Shown piece after piece: positions 25,653-38,564 of a stretch of 64,000 nucleotides of DNA. This stretch comes from Sphyrna mokarran (taxonomy: Eukaryota), in contig JAGIQG010000006.1 of assembly GCA_024679065.1 (NCBI GenBank), positions 115,320,001 to 115,384,000 of the forward strand. The letters run 5' to 3'. How positions within the stretch are numbered: position 1 is the first letter of the stretch; each line of letters opens with the position of its first letter. The notes beneath the pieces were generated by a model. That model saw nothing but the letters and a program-made list of their open reading frames with translations. It was not told the DNA's origin and searched no databases. Both the position numbers and the translations under genes were made by a program.

Positions 25653-26944
25653 ACCTTTGACCTCTTGCTTGATTCAGGTGCTAGGCCAGTCAAGCAAATG
25701 CATTGTCGCGTCTCTCGGAGGCACTTTTCACACGACACACTTCATGTAGGGGTCACATGATTAGAAATATCCCAAGTGGAAATGATCACTGGCAGCTCTA
25801 AACTACTTTCCATTATGTCAATGTCGAAGTGAAATTGTGGCAGAAATTTTCCAGTCAGATGCAGTGATCAAAGTACAAACAAAAATAAATGCCATGTCAA
25901 TGCTAACTAAATAAATATGCTTAAGCTGGTGAATAAAGGTAAATAAGCTTAATATTAAACATTATACTATAACCTTGGAACACAGCAGTAACACTGCACT
26001 TGCTTCCCTGATCAACAAATTCCTTCGGACAACTGACAACATATAGTTGATTATAATGGGTAAAGACAAAAATACTTTGGCACACAGGGATAACACCTAA
26101 AAAAAAAGTCATGTTGTAATACAGAATACCAAGTTTAAAAGATGAATTGAAATGTCTCACTGGTACTAGAAATTCAGCCTAAAAGGCAATCATTTCATAT
26201 TAGCTGACAAATATTGGGAAGCGAGATAAAACAATTTAAACTCTGAAATCCTAATCAATGAAAACAAAGGAATCCAATTTAATATTCTATTTGTTGTTAG
26301 CAGTGTATGGTTCACCATTCTTCAAATGGAGGCATAACCTTGGGTAAAAACAGTTTCTTGACATTTTTTCCACTGTCACAAAACGAGCACCCATTTTCTT
26401 TGACCTTGTTATATCAAACAAACATTAGTAAAAACTACAGTTGCTATGAGCAACGAACAGTGACGCTAACAATTTTTTTCCCTGAAGATTCCATTATGAA
26501 ACCCTGTACTTACTGATTTGGTAAGTCAAATATTGATTTTCTTCACCACTTGCAATTATAATTAGTAAACTTCACATTGCTTCCTGAGAGGTTAAACTGC
26601 AAAGGAACTTCCATATCGGTCTTGCACAAGTAAAACTGCGAACAGACTTGGTAATAATGTAACTTGAACCCAATTGCATATCTCAATTCATCAGATACCC
26701 TGCTGTAGATGCCATGCCATGAATTAACAACAATAATGTAACCCAATATATTTTATTTGAATAAATGTCTACTTACTCTTTAAATCATGCAACTATTTAT
26801 ACACTAAAACATGATTTTGATCGTGTTAAAGCAAGCATTACAAGTCACATCTTTATATGTGTTCTTGTAACCATGGAGCAAATGCTTGTACATGAAAAAG
26901 ACAGACTTTCACTTGGGATAAATGATACATAATTATTAAAACAT

Positions 26945-27067
26945 TGGCTGGAAAATCCTACCCTTACTCGCCCCAAGGTCAGAAACTGCCACCCGGAGTC
27001 AACGGACCAACGGTCTTCCCCATCTACTATGATTCCCTTGGCAGGCGGGATAGGAAAATTCTGTCCA
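26945..27067. mobile_element. Short MITE-like repeat (second copy at 52568-52695)
   Basis: Imperfect terminal inverted repeats (ggctggaaaatcct...aggaaaattctgtcc). The internal gtcaac.gacc and ttccctt.gcag.cggg segments are shared by both copies. Confidence 0.55.
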
Positions 27068-27614
27068 CAATGTTACCCTGTTCACAATATTCTTTATTGC
27101 TGTATTGAGGGGAATCCAAATATGACCTGGGTCATTAGAATGGGGGAAGTGGGAAGGGGCTAGGGGAAGTAACTGCATGAAAATTGGAAAAGGATATTCT
27201 GTCAACATTGGAGATCTGACAAATATGATTTTCAGATGGACCTTAATTGAGCTGGTCAGTGCTCCAACCAAAAGGAGGCAGAATAAATTAGCAAAGGTAT
27301 ACAAGGGTCAAAAGTTGCAGTTAAGACTCCAACACCATCTTCATCTATCTACTGTTACCATCAGCCACACAATCTGTCCACAGAAAAGGAGTGTTGTGCA
27401 GGCTGAAAGACAGCGAATTGCTACATGACTTAAAGAGACTCCTTCTTGCAATCTACGAAAGTTGACAGAGATTTGGCAGTCATTTACACTGTATATCTCT
27501 ATGTAGCATAAGTATAACTGACTGATTATCAACTGCGTGAAAATTAGATCTATCCACAAAGATATATTTAGAGGGAGAACGATGCCATAATCAAATATCA
27601 CATTCAAGAAGCAT

Positions 27615-27912
27615 GTGACACACTGGTTAGCACTGCTACCTCTCAGAGCTAGGGAACCGGGTTCGATTCCTGGTCTGGGTCACTTGTCTGTGCAGAGCCT
27701 GCACATTTTCCATGTCTGCATGGGTTTCCTCCAAGTGTTCGATTTTCTCCCACAGTCCAAAAGACAAGCTGATTAGGTGGGTTAGACATGCTAAATTCTC
27801 CCTCGCTGTACCCAAACAGGCGCTAGAATGTGGCAACTAAGGGATTTTCACAGCAACTTCATTGCACCGTTAATAAAATCTACTTGTGACACTAATAAAT
27901 AAACTTAAACTT
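27615..27912 (+). mobile_element. V-SINE, tgacactaat-tail subfamily
   Basis: tggttagcactgctacctc, B box ggttcgattcc, V-domain, tail tacttgtgacactaataaataaacttaaactt. Confidence 0.9.
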
Positions 27913-29199
27913 ACAGGTTTGCGACTAAATTTGTTAAAGCATTGTAAAATGAGAAAGAAAGCTGAGCAAAATTGCTGAAGAAGTTAAAAAAAAATGGATT
28001 TAATGATTGCCATTAAGACACACCAATGTAATTTATTTTCAAGTGATTTAAAGTTTTAATAGTGCAGCATACCTTCCACAAAACATTTTGTGATTTCTCA
28101 CAAGCAGATGTTGAGAAATGTTTGTTTTTGTTAGAAAAAGTATATATTTAGCTTTGGACTTGTAACTAAACTTGCCAACACTGCCCTTTCAGTCTATCTT
28201 TCAGTTTCCAAGAGACGAGTCAGATTTGCTGAGGACATCACTATCTCCATTTGCTCTGGAATAGAAGCTATAATGTTTTAAAGTTTCAGGCTCAATATTT
28301 CATTGGGAATAAAGACTGGACATGTGTACTTTACTCCCCGGAAATTCTAAAATAGAGAAATCTCACCGGTGAAATGGCCTCACAAACTACATACATTTAA
28401 AAATTGTTGCACTTAGATTCTGAGAAACAAAACCATCATGAACTTGCTTTAAGGAAAGAATCCTTCCAGAGCCAGTTATTCTACAGCTTTCCAATAGAGC
28501 CTTACAAACATAATGGAATATGTTACATGTTAGCAACATAACAGGCTGTGTTGCTTCACTGAGATTTTATCATGTCAATTCAAATTATCTTATTCTTTTT
28601 GAGAAATCAGGAATTACAGAAGTTGTTGAAATAAAGCCCTGTTCTTAATTTCAATTCTACCTACCTATGTAGGTCACCAAGATACCACCAACATCTCAAA
28701 GCTCTGAATAACTATCCTGAAAATTACTGATGTTTCTTACTATCTTTAACGTTAATAAATCCAGCACTGACTCCTGATCTTTGAATTATATTATAATAAT
28801 CCATGTTGATACCTCTGAAACAAAAATATCTGATCGCCATTATTTACTCACAAATTGACTTCTTCGCCTAGTCTTTTGCAGGGTTTTAACTTGTCTCACT
28901 CAGAAGTCAATTTATTCTTTTGCTATGTAATTTAAATTTTGTTACTTATTCCAACACTTAACTCAAACCCAAAATGTCCTTGCGTCCTCCAGAGGCATTA
29001 CAAAGTATAATGAGACCTCATTTTTGACTGAACTCATGTCCACAGTGATAAAAACTGTGACAAGCCCTCATCTATTAACTTACATCAACTTGAAGCATTT
29101 TTGTGAGCCTGATGGTTATGATGAAGTTAACAATGCATTTAGTTGAAGCTTATCAATTAAAAGGAAGAGACAAAGGCCAGCATCATAGGTTAAATCCAA

Positions 29200-29515
29200 T
29201 ACAATGAGGGGGCAGGGTAAGGAACTATGTGAAAGATGGGACATGACAGAAAGGAAATGGGGAGGCAGCAGAGGAAGGGAAGGAAAGTGGGATGAAGACT
29301 GGAGGGGGAGAGAGAGTGAGAAGGAGAGCGAGAGAGAAAGTTTGAGGGAGAAAGGGAAGGGAGGGAGAGCGAGGATTATGAGCAAAGGGAGGAGATGTGA
29401 GACGACAGAGAGAGGGATCAGAGACATTGGGCAGAAAGAGGGAGAGCGGGGGAAAAGAGGGTGAGAAAAAGAAAGGGGCGAAGTGTTGGCGTAGGTAGGG
29501 ACGGACGGAGGGGGG
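29200..29515 (+). repeat. Polypurine (GA-rich) low-complexity tract
   Basis: About 300 nt dominated by G/A on the plus strand; explains the spurious 153-aa and 86-aa ORFs. Confidence 0.9.
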
Positions 29516-31567
29516 ATATCATCAGAAAAACTCATGAATATCTTTCGTTCAAGACAAATAGTTCTAAAACTCTGCAACTAAAAACAGATTAATTACATAC
29601 ACATCTCTACATGTTAGCATGATTGACCATAATTGTATAGTAGTATTTGATTTAAAATACTATAATGTACTGATATTTTGAAAGGAATTTCATTATCACC
29701 TATAATATTAAAACACTTTACATGCATAAATCTGGCTTCGATTTCATACTGAATCAATAGCTAAGCAATGTGCAACAAGAACGTCCTCGTGGTCCTTGGC
29801 TGCAACTGACCCAGATTCATCCACACGATGACAGACACAATTCCTCCCTCAACATTGCTCCAAAATATCCCTTTATCCTAGTGCTATGTTCTAGCATTCC
29901 TCTAAAGGTTTATAAACCCAACTCAACACAGAAATTGACAGACTCCTTCAATGTTGATAGTCCTATCTCCAAAGTATTGCTGGATGCCAGAACCCCTTAG
30001 CAATGTGCCTGCCCCAAATTCATGTCCCAAAGCCTCAAAAACAAAATACTTCACTCCAGGTACTCCCAGGCACTGGGGGATCTCGCCCAGTGCTTCCATC
30101 CCCAAGCAACATCACCCCAATTCTACACATTTAGCAACAACCCATTTCCATATTTCAAAGCTCCCAAACTCAAGGTCTTCTGAACAATGCTCCATCAAAG
30201 TTTATTGCTTTGCATAGTCTGTTTGTTGCCCTGAGCATTCCTTTTATGCTGCACAGTCACACATGTGCAGATCTTAAAAGTCACACTGACTGTCCATGGC
30301 GTGTTTATACCCTGTATAGTAAGTTACACATTGCTGAAGGGCCATACACCCATGCAGTTTAGAGGGAACATTGTTTCAAGGTGCAGTACCCTCAAAGATC
30401 CTTTGCAGGTTATAGTGAGCAGCATTCTTCCAAGCACATGCATACCTTAACAGACCACCAGAGTTCCAGCAAGTTAACAAGAAAGTCTTCACATTAAAAT
30501 AACACTGAGAGATTATCCAAAAACGGAGAGATTACAACTAAAATTGTATTTTATCCAAGACTCAATGGATTTTACAAAGTGGAAATACATTGTCTTTAGA
30601 ACAAGAGAATTTATTTCACTTATATGCTTCATTCAATTGAGAGGCTGCCTAGAATATGGGAGGGCTCCCATTCAATTCAGAGATTAGCCAGAGTATGGTT
30701 AGGTTCTGCGAACCTACAAGAACAGGCAATAGGCTGCTATAAACATGTGAGAAGTATTTCAATGTGTGGGAACATAAGCAAACAAGTGCTATGTTTAGGG
30801 GCACTGTGAATGAAGTTTCTAAGACCCAGTAATATGTAATTGGGGTTTTAGAGTCCTTCAGTACTAATGACCTTTATTCAGCTGCTCAATTTTGGAGAAA
30901 AGAAGAAAAATAAATATTTGGCTTAATGACTGCAACGAAGCGCCAAAGAGTGATGCAATATGGACAATGGGAATTACTTGTCTGTTCTCCCAATCAGCTG
31001 CCGAAATTCTAAGCAGTATGCAGACAACTGCTGTGGATTCAGTACTGGAGTAAAAATATACTTGTGGCAAAAAAACTTAATCTAGATTTTGCTGTACTAA
31101 TAATGGTGATGTTATCAGCACTCACCATTACTATGGGGTAAATCAGAGAATAATATCTAGGATCTATATATGCACATTAAATGTAGAAATAGACAAGTTG
31201 CTGTCAGAGATATTGGTTCTTCAACAGGGTGCAATATTGTAGAAAATGAAACATTAAAAATGGCTGCAGCAGAATGAACTTGCCCTACTTGCCCACTTGG
31301 AATGCACTAATACTGGCAGTAGTAGTTGGACTGGTATCCAAATTGACATACTTTGGGATAAATTGCTTTTTAACAGGCTGATAAATGAGTATTGCTGCTG
31401 AACAACCACTCTGGGCCTAAATTATCAATTTTACAAATTTGGAGAATCACTCCTTCAGAAAATTAGTGTAGGGGATAAAAAATGTTCATTTCTTTCTGCT
31501 TTTCTTGGCACTATTTTACCTGTGTCACCATAATTCCATCCGCATTTTCCAATCTTGCTTTGCTTAC

Positions 31568-31700
31568 CATACACCATTTTAGTCTCTTGATCTATGCTTC
31601 CTGTTTTGGACTCTGCATGACTCGATGAAGAATCCTTAACCAGATTGACTGAAGAAACTCTATTGCTTTTATTGCTCACAGACACAATAGATTCTTCACA
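31568..31700 (-). CDS. Candidate alternative KDM4C exon (133 nt, phase 0 to 1; or 168 nt from an acceptor at 31735)
   Basis: Acceptor tgtgttccag, strong donor ATG|gtaagc, open frame CEESIVSVSNKSNRVSSVNLVKDSSSSHAESKTGSIDQETKMVY, non-repetitive sequence. No transcript evidence available. Confidence 0.45.
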
Positions 31701-32298
31701 CTGGAACACACACCAAATGACAGGAAGTCTTTGGTCTAAAGCCAATCAGAGCTTTATGGTTAACCATGAAGTGCACGTTGACCACTATTTCTTTACGACC
31801 GATAGCAAAACCCAGACTGATATATCATTCACTGTTTAGCAGAGTTAAAGACTGAAAATCAAAGAAATTATTCCTATTACCGTACAGAATTGTCCTGCTT
31901 CAAATGAAACTTTATTTGTTTACATCGTTTGAATACATTAGCTATTTCAATGTGCAGCCTACAATCAACTCAAAGAGTAAAGAATGTCCTTTAGAACTAG
32001 AATCTCAGAGATCTATGAAATTAAAAATGTTGCAACTTTTAATTTACTTATGAGAGCAAGAAAATTACTTGAAGCATGACTCATCAGAAGTACCTTGAAT
32101 CTTTTCACCAATATACATCACAGTAATAAACGAGAACACTGCAATATTTGCTTATGAATGCTTTAAACTGCATGCAGTTAAAAAAAAATTATGACAAAAA
32201 TATATTCTGGAAACATTCTGAATATCTACTACAATCTCGAGAAAAATAATTATTGTTTCACAGTTCAAAAATGCAAGCGTGATGTCCCAAATACTAAC

Positions 32299-32425
32299 CT
32301 TCATCACTAACCAATTCCTGTTTGACCAGAGTTGATGGCGATCTAGCAGGTGGTTTGCACAACGGATGGCGTCGACTCTTGGCTGATTTCTTCTTCCCCA
32401 CATTTCTGATGAACTGTTCTGGAAA
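32299..32425 (-). CDS. kdm4c: KDM4C coding exon (127 nt, phase 0 to 1)
   Basis: Acceptor ttttcttctgttttcag, donor AAG|gttagt. Encodes [42 protein letters not shown], matching the conserved KDM4 KS.RHPL.+PPARSP.TLVKQ motif. This frame is not shown in the ORF track. Confidence 0.93.
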
Positions 32426-34269
32426 CTGAAAACAGAAGAAAAATCTTTCACCTATTCAATAACACAAAGCTAGCTTCCCATTAAATAAAATTGTGCATTA
32501 AACACATGCTAAAATAACATACCTTGTTAGAATCAAACTCATGCATTACTTATTCTATGAAGTATTAGTGGAGCACTATGCGACTCACTGTCAAACTTAT
32601 AAACTTTAAGGGCACAGTAAACGCTGGCCTAGTTACAACTATTCTAAGTTCAATAAGCCAGCTGCATTTTCAATTGTTTCCATAAGATAGGCATTTGAAA
32701 AATTAAAATGTTTCTCAGAAGACTCTTGATATTTATCCTGTGAGTGGTTGCGCACACAAATCTCAGTAAGTGTTTGGGGGCGGGGTAGGCATTGGGAATG
32801 TATAGGAAGCAGCAAAGGTAAAAGAGAGGGAGAAAATATTTAGGCAATGTTGCTATGCCTCCAGCAATTCCAAGTATATGAATGTCAGTGGAAAGTGAAT
32901 TAGGATCCACTCTAGTGGCTCCCTCTTCCATTCCTGCAGGCTGAGGTAGTCAAGGCTTAGATACAAGTAACCCTATTTGATGGAGTAGCAGAGTGCAAGC
33001 CAATAGTCTAAAATAAACCTGTGCTTTCACAAGAGCACAGAGATTTTAAGAAAATAATAAAAGTAGCTAAGGGGATAGAAAGCAATACAAGAGCCAAGTA
33101 TCATGGATACTGGAAATCTGAAATAAAAATGCTGAAAATACTTTGTAAGTCTGCCAGCATCTGTGGAGAGAGAAACTGTTAACGTTTCAAGTCAGTGATC
33201 ATTCTAATGCTCTGACAAAGTGTCATTGACTAAAAGCAATTTCTTTCTTCATTGATTTATCAGACCAACTGACAATAAAGGAATGTTAGCCTGAGCTGCC
33301 AATGATTGGAGGAAAATTCTGACTTTGTATATAGATGACGCATTAAAAATTTCTGCACTTCAAATCTTAGCTATATTGTCCCAGAATTTTAAAAAGGACC
33401 TCACACTGTCACTGCTTAAGCTCATATTTATGCCTCCATTTTTTTCTGCATAATTGAGGAGTGGTGTGAAATCATGCCACTTGCACCTAAATGGGAACTC
33501 AAAAGGAGACTTTACAGGAAGAATTAACTCTAATTTTTCACTTCATTAAGTGTCTTATATTTTGCACTGGGATTGACCACAATGAAAATTAATGATTTTG
33601 AAGTTTCCAATAAAAAAAGGAAAGCCATGTTACTATAATGGAAGACAGTCTTCTGTCTTGGAAAATAGCAATAGTGAGTGACCTTGGAAATTACCACAAC
33701 TTAATGGGCATGTTAAGATAAACAGTTTCGCAACACACCAACTCTCACTTTTTGTGAATATTAATAACTATGGCAAAGATTCTAATTCTCTTACAAATAA
33801 AATTGTAACAGTGACCTTTAGTTCTATTAATGAATTAGTGTGTGATGATTCAAGATTCAAAGGGAAAATGCCACTGTCTCAGGCCTTCCTGCGATAAAAT
33901 AACAAAGGGTTGCAAACCATATTATGCTGTATATTTGACATGAAATTAATGCTGTAAATATAATTTGCAATTGTAAGTATAGTGAAGCACTTCAAATGCC
34001 ACAAACTGTATTGAAAGTGGTTTGTTTCGCATTTTATGTCATGTTAAATTTGAACAGTTATATAATATACCTCTATAAATTTTATGAATAAAGTATATTT
34101 TTGTGGAACAAGGTGAATAGTGAATAACATTGGAAAGCCAAAACCTCTTGTTTCTAGTGATCAGTGAAATGTGGCACTTGAAATTAGAATTTTACATAAA
34201 AAAAATCATTATTTGAGCACACGAACATGGAGAATTTCAGACTGGAAGAATGACACAATTTTGTAACAT

Positions 34270-34470
34270 CTCTTCAAACAGCAAAAATCAACTATAATAT
34301 TGGTAACAGATTGCTGTCTGAATGACATGTTGACCCAAACCTTTAGTGTTGACCTTTTTTCTTTCACATTACCAAACGACATGAACTGACACATTTCTAA
34401 AAATTATTAATTCATGATAAAGCATTTAGGTATGTTCTTAAGGTGTGATTGGCACTATATAAATGCCAGA
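34270..34470 (+). mobile_element. Degenerate DeuSINE/L2-type 3' tail
   Basis: ttcacattac...taaagcatttaggtatgttcttaaggtgtgattggcactatataaatgccag resembles the L2-derived tail of SacSINE1/AmnSINE1. Confidence 0.5.
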
Positions 34471-35609
34471 GGGGATGACTGTGGGTGAGAGACTCTGTGT
34501 GCCTTTGCTCTGCTCCTTCTTCTGTGCCTTGTTAAATGTTGTCCATTTATAGTAACTTCAAATTCTGATGAAGGGCCCCTCACCTGAATATTCAATTTGT
34601 CCACTCTCTGTAAATGCTGGTTGACATACTGAATATTCCTAGCAATTACTGTACTTGTTCCACATTAAAATAGTTATTTTTCAACTCAAAATAGTGCCGT
34701 ATATTTACATCATTCCAATTCCTGGAGGGACTTTCTCTGGCCGAAATGGGAGGAATTATTCCTAGGTTCCTAGTCATTATCTCGCAATTAAAACACAAAA
34801 CTAATGAGAGATTACATGTGTCTTCAATTTTAGCAAATATCTAATAAATCTAAATTGAATCTATTGGTCCATAAAGGCCACACATTTATTCTACACATCA
34901 AATATCTGAGAATTCTTCTGATCTTTGATTACATTAATGTACTATACTCACATCTTGCAGCACTGCAATCACATCTAATTTAAATATTTTATGACATCTC
35001 CAATACCTGTATTCTAAATATCTGAGGCATAAACCAGCTCCATCTCCTCATAACTTCACCAATTTTTTCCTCAATGAAAATAAGTTCAATGTTATCAGTC
35101 TGTTTTCAAAATAGGATATTGTCCCAGAAGTCACCCCTCTGTACCTTTTCCAATCTATATTGTTCTTTTCAAAATAGATTGCTTAAAATTGGAAACATCA
35201 TGTTAAATGCAGCTTGAACAGTAAGTTAGCCAGTTTAACATTATTTTATAAGAAAAACTGAAAGATTGGGGTTAACACATCCTGTGCCTCCCTCATATTT
35301 AATCAGCTAACTGTAAGGATCTTGCACCAAATGTTTATGAACAACTTTAACCAAGGTGATTACAGAAAGCTTGTCAGAAAATAACAATTTTATCAGATAT
35401 CACGTGGTCCCTTCAGAAGAGAAAAGCAGACAACTCAATTTTAAGAATACTCATCATATTTCCATTGTCTTATTTTGGAATACATGCATAATTGCCCTCT
35501 TTGGAAGTAAAGATTTTCATCAGTTGGGACTGAAATACATTGTGATAGAATATAGAGAGTGTCACTGAGCCATGTCAAGCGCCAGACTGCTCCATAAAAG
35601 CAGCATCAA

Positions 35610-36220
35610 AATCATAAAATTATACAGCACAGGAGACACTGCTGCCCATTATGCCTCTGTGAGAGCTATCAAATAAATCAACTTCCCTGCTCTTTCCCCA
35701 TAGCCCCATAAAAAACATTTCTCTTCAAGTATTCATTCAATTCCCTTTTCAATGTTATTATTCAATCTGATTTCACCACCCTTTCAGGTAGTGTATTCCC
35801 AATCACAACAACTCTCCTCTTTCCCCATGTTGCCTCTAGTTCTTTTCTCAATCGCCTGAAATCTGTGCCTTATGTTTGCTGACCTTTCCGCCACTGGAAA
35901 GTTTCTCCTCATTTACTTTTTTAAATGCACTCACAGTTTTGAACACCACTACTAAATCATTTTTTAACCCTCTCTGCTCTAAGGACAATATTCCCAATTT
36001 CTCACGTCTTCATGACTGAAATCTTTCATGACTGAAGTCTCTCATCCCTGCTACTATTCTTGAACTATTTTTCTGCACCCTTTCCAAGGCATCAGTAGCC
36101 TTCCTAAAACATTGGCCTATCAGAACTGAACACAATTGACACCTTACAAGTATGTTAGGAAGGTTTTGCTTAACCTTCTTACTTTTGTGTTCTGTACCTC
36201 TATTTAAAAAGCCAAGGAAG
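35610..36220 (-). mobile_element. CR1 LINE 3' fragment
   Basis: Tail atcataaaattatacagcacagg, then ctctgctctaaggacaata (FSLE.R-like) and cagaactgaacacaat (CVQFW-like) on the minus strand. Confidence 0.75.
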
Positions 36221-37150
36221 CAAAACGGGGAAAATATATCAGCCAGTGCATGAAAGGATGTAATACTTTAAAAAAATATGCAGACTCTTGTTTTTCAATA
36301 ACAAGCACCATAGGGTGCTTCCATATAGGAAAGTGGGCTAAACACAAGGTAAGGAAGCTCAGTATTCAGTTGTGAAGAGGATCCTCACAGATAAAATTCT
36401 ACAGCAGCTATTTGGTGCTACAAAAACACCTTGTTTACAGAAATAAGAAGTCCTGCCCATTTTTGCTTCTTGCACTTAAAAGCAATGTTTCAAATGGTCC
36501 GACTATTATTGTTCAGTGCCAATAAAATACTGAAGTATAAATTCTGTGGGACACACAGCAGCTTCACTGAGCAATAATTCTCCCCAATGCATTTCTAATT
36601 GTAAATGTTTAAAGGATTCAGCAGTAATAAAAAAAAGTTTTCAGATGTTGGCCCTGAGCCTACTAAATTTATAAACTGCTGGTTTCCTGCATTTTTCTTT
36701 TATTACACATTTCAAAGATTAGCAGCAGCGCTGCACAACACAGACCTCCAGGTTAACAATGCCAATTGCAGCACTGAGATCCACAGGTTGCAATTCAATT
36801 AATTCGGTTAACGAAAGGAAGGCAAATCATGTACTCCATCCCAGTGTTTACTTATCTTGCCAGTTTTACGCAGGATCCAGGATCCAAACTCATTCATCTG
36901 CGAGTGAAGCTGAAGACTTCACCGCAACAATTATGTAGGTTTTCTGGGAAAACTGGCACCTGAAATTCCAATGGTTGGAAGTTCAGTTTTTATTTCCAAT
37001 TATGCTGAACAATTCTTACCCACATTGTACTGCTAAATTTGAGCCGCAATGGTTAAATGCAGCAGTGTTTATGTACACTGGAGGAAAGAAAGTGTTACAC
37101 ATTAATTTACCGCAGGCATTTCTTGGACATATTTTTAAAAGTATTATTAC

Positions 37151-37515
37151 ACTTGGTATTTCTCCAGGCTCTAAGCCATTTTCTCCACTCTCAGCTTCGC
37201 TGGTTTCCTCCTCCGTGGAGACACTGCTGGTTTCGTGTCGTTTCCAGCAGCTCTGTTCAGTTTCTGTATCAATGTCTTCAAATGATTTCTGACATAATTC
37301 GACTTTGGTGTGGAGCACATCCTCCTCCTTGCACGTCTGCAGACCCTTGCTCTCTACTTTGATTTTAAGGTCAACATTGGTATCCTCTGAGTATTCTGAA
37401 GAGCTGTCGACTACATCAAGTTTGTCTGTCGATGTTACTGATGAGCAATTATCCAGTTTTCTCTTTCCATTAGCTTTATTTTTGCACTTGTTGCTGGTAA
37501 GATTAGAACAAGAAT
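37151..37515 (-). CDS. kdm4c: KDM4C coding exon, linker (365 nt, phase 1 to 0)
   Basis: Acceptor tttttgtcctgcag. Open frame DSCSNLTSNK...LKIKVES...EAESGENGLEPGEIPS; NGLEPGEIP is a recalled KDM4C motif. Donor AGT|gtaata is weak and was chosen because it fits the phase of the next exon. Confidence 0.9.
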
Positions 37516-37989
37516 CTGCAGGACAAAAATGAATACTTTGACTTCAGTTGCTACACAAAGTAATGTCAGATGTTAACTATAAAGAAAAATACCACACATG
37601 CTGTGTAGTTATTATAAAGGGATATGTTATTTGTGTTATTTCAAATAACTATTACTGTAAATCAGTATTGAAGCAGGTCCATTGGCAAAATGTCAGTAAA
37701 TTAACTGAAGTCAATACAACATTGAAAAAAGAACACAGAGGGATCCCTAATCATATTATTTAGCAATAATGCTCGAACATTAAGTGCAATATGGGATAGC
37801 ATTACATGGTGTTTGCAGAGCACTCAGCCAACAGATTTAAAATAAAAGCACCTTCAGGTGTCACAGTTCCACAGAGGAAACACAGGCTTATAGAGCTGAA
37901 TTTACGAATGATAGCAAAATGGGAGGCTTGTTAATTCCTTATAAGGTAAAAGCAAGCAGCAAAGGTTTATTAGAGAGAGAAAAGAATAT

Positions 37990-38378
37990 GGAGGGAAGGC
38001 GATGGCCTAGTGGTATTATCGTTAGACTATTAATCCAAAAGCTCAATTAATGTTCAGAGGACCTGGGTTTGAATTCTGTCATGGCAGATAGTGGAATTTA
38101 AATTCAATAAAAACATCTGGAATTAAGAATCTCCTAGTGACCACGAAACCATTGTTAATTGTCAGAAACACCCATTTGGTTCACCAATTTATTTCAAGGA
38201 AGAAAATCTGCCATCCTTACCTAATCTGGTCTACATATGACTCCAGAACCCCTCAGCACTGTGGCTGACACTCAACTGTCCTCTGAAATGGCCTAGCAAG
38301 CCAGTCAGATCCAGGGCAACTAGGGATTTGCAATAATTGCTGGACAACCAATGACACCCATGTCTCACGAATGAATAA
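37990..38378 (+). mobile_element. Full-length tRNA-headed SINE family 2
   Basis: A box tggcctagtgg (38003-38013), B box ggtttgaattc (38066-38076). The 3' tail cagggcaactagggatttgcaataattgctgg...cacgaatgaataaaa is shared with the LINE end at about 43340-43412. Confidence 0.92.
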
Positions 38379-38564
38379 AACAATTTTTTTAGAAACTGAC
38401 ATGATAGAAGAAGGGCTAAAATGTGGCAGATGGAATTCAATCTCAGGTCAGTTTGAGCTAATTTTTCTTGGTTTCCAAAAATGAAGTAGCTTAATGAAGA
38501 AATGCAAACACGAAACATGACAACGTTCGTTAGAACAACACAGTCAATTGGCTGCTTAAAAAAA

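Noticed and set aside
29116-29577. 153-aa and 86-aa overlapping ORFs
   Set aside because: Artefacts of a polypurine/polypyrimidine tract lacking stop codons.
32152-32451. 99-aa ORF overlapping the exon
   Set aside because: Wrong frame; the conserved KDM4 motif is in another frame between the splice sites.
37990-38080. tRNA genes at A/B-box sites
   Set aside because: All such sites run into SINE bodies and lack a complete cloverleaf.
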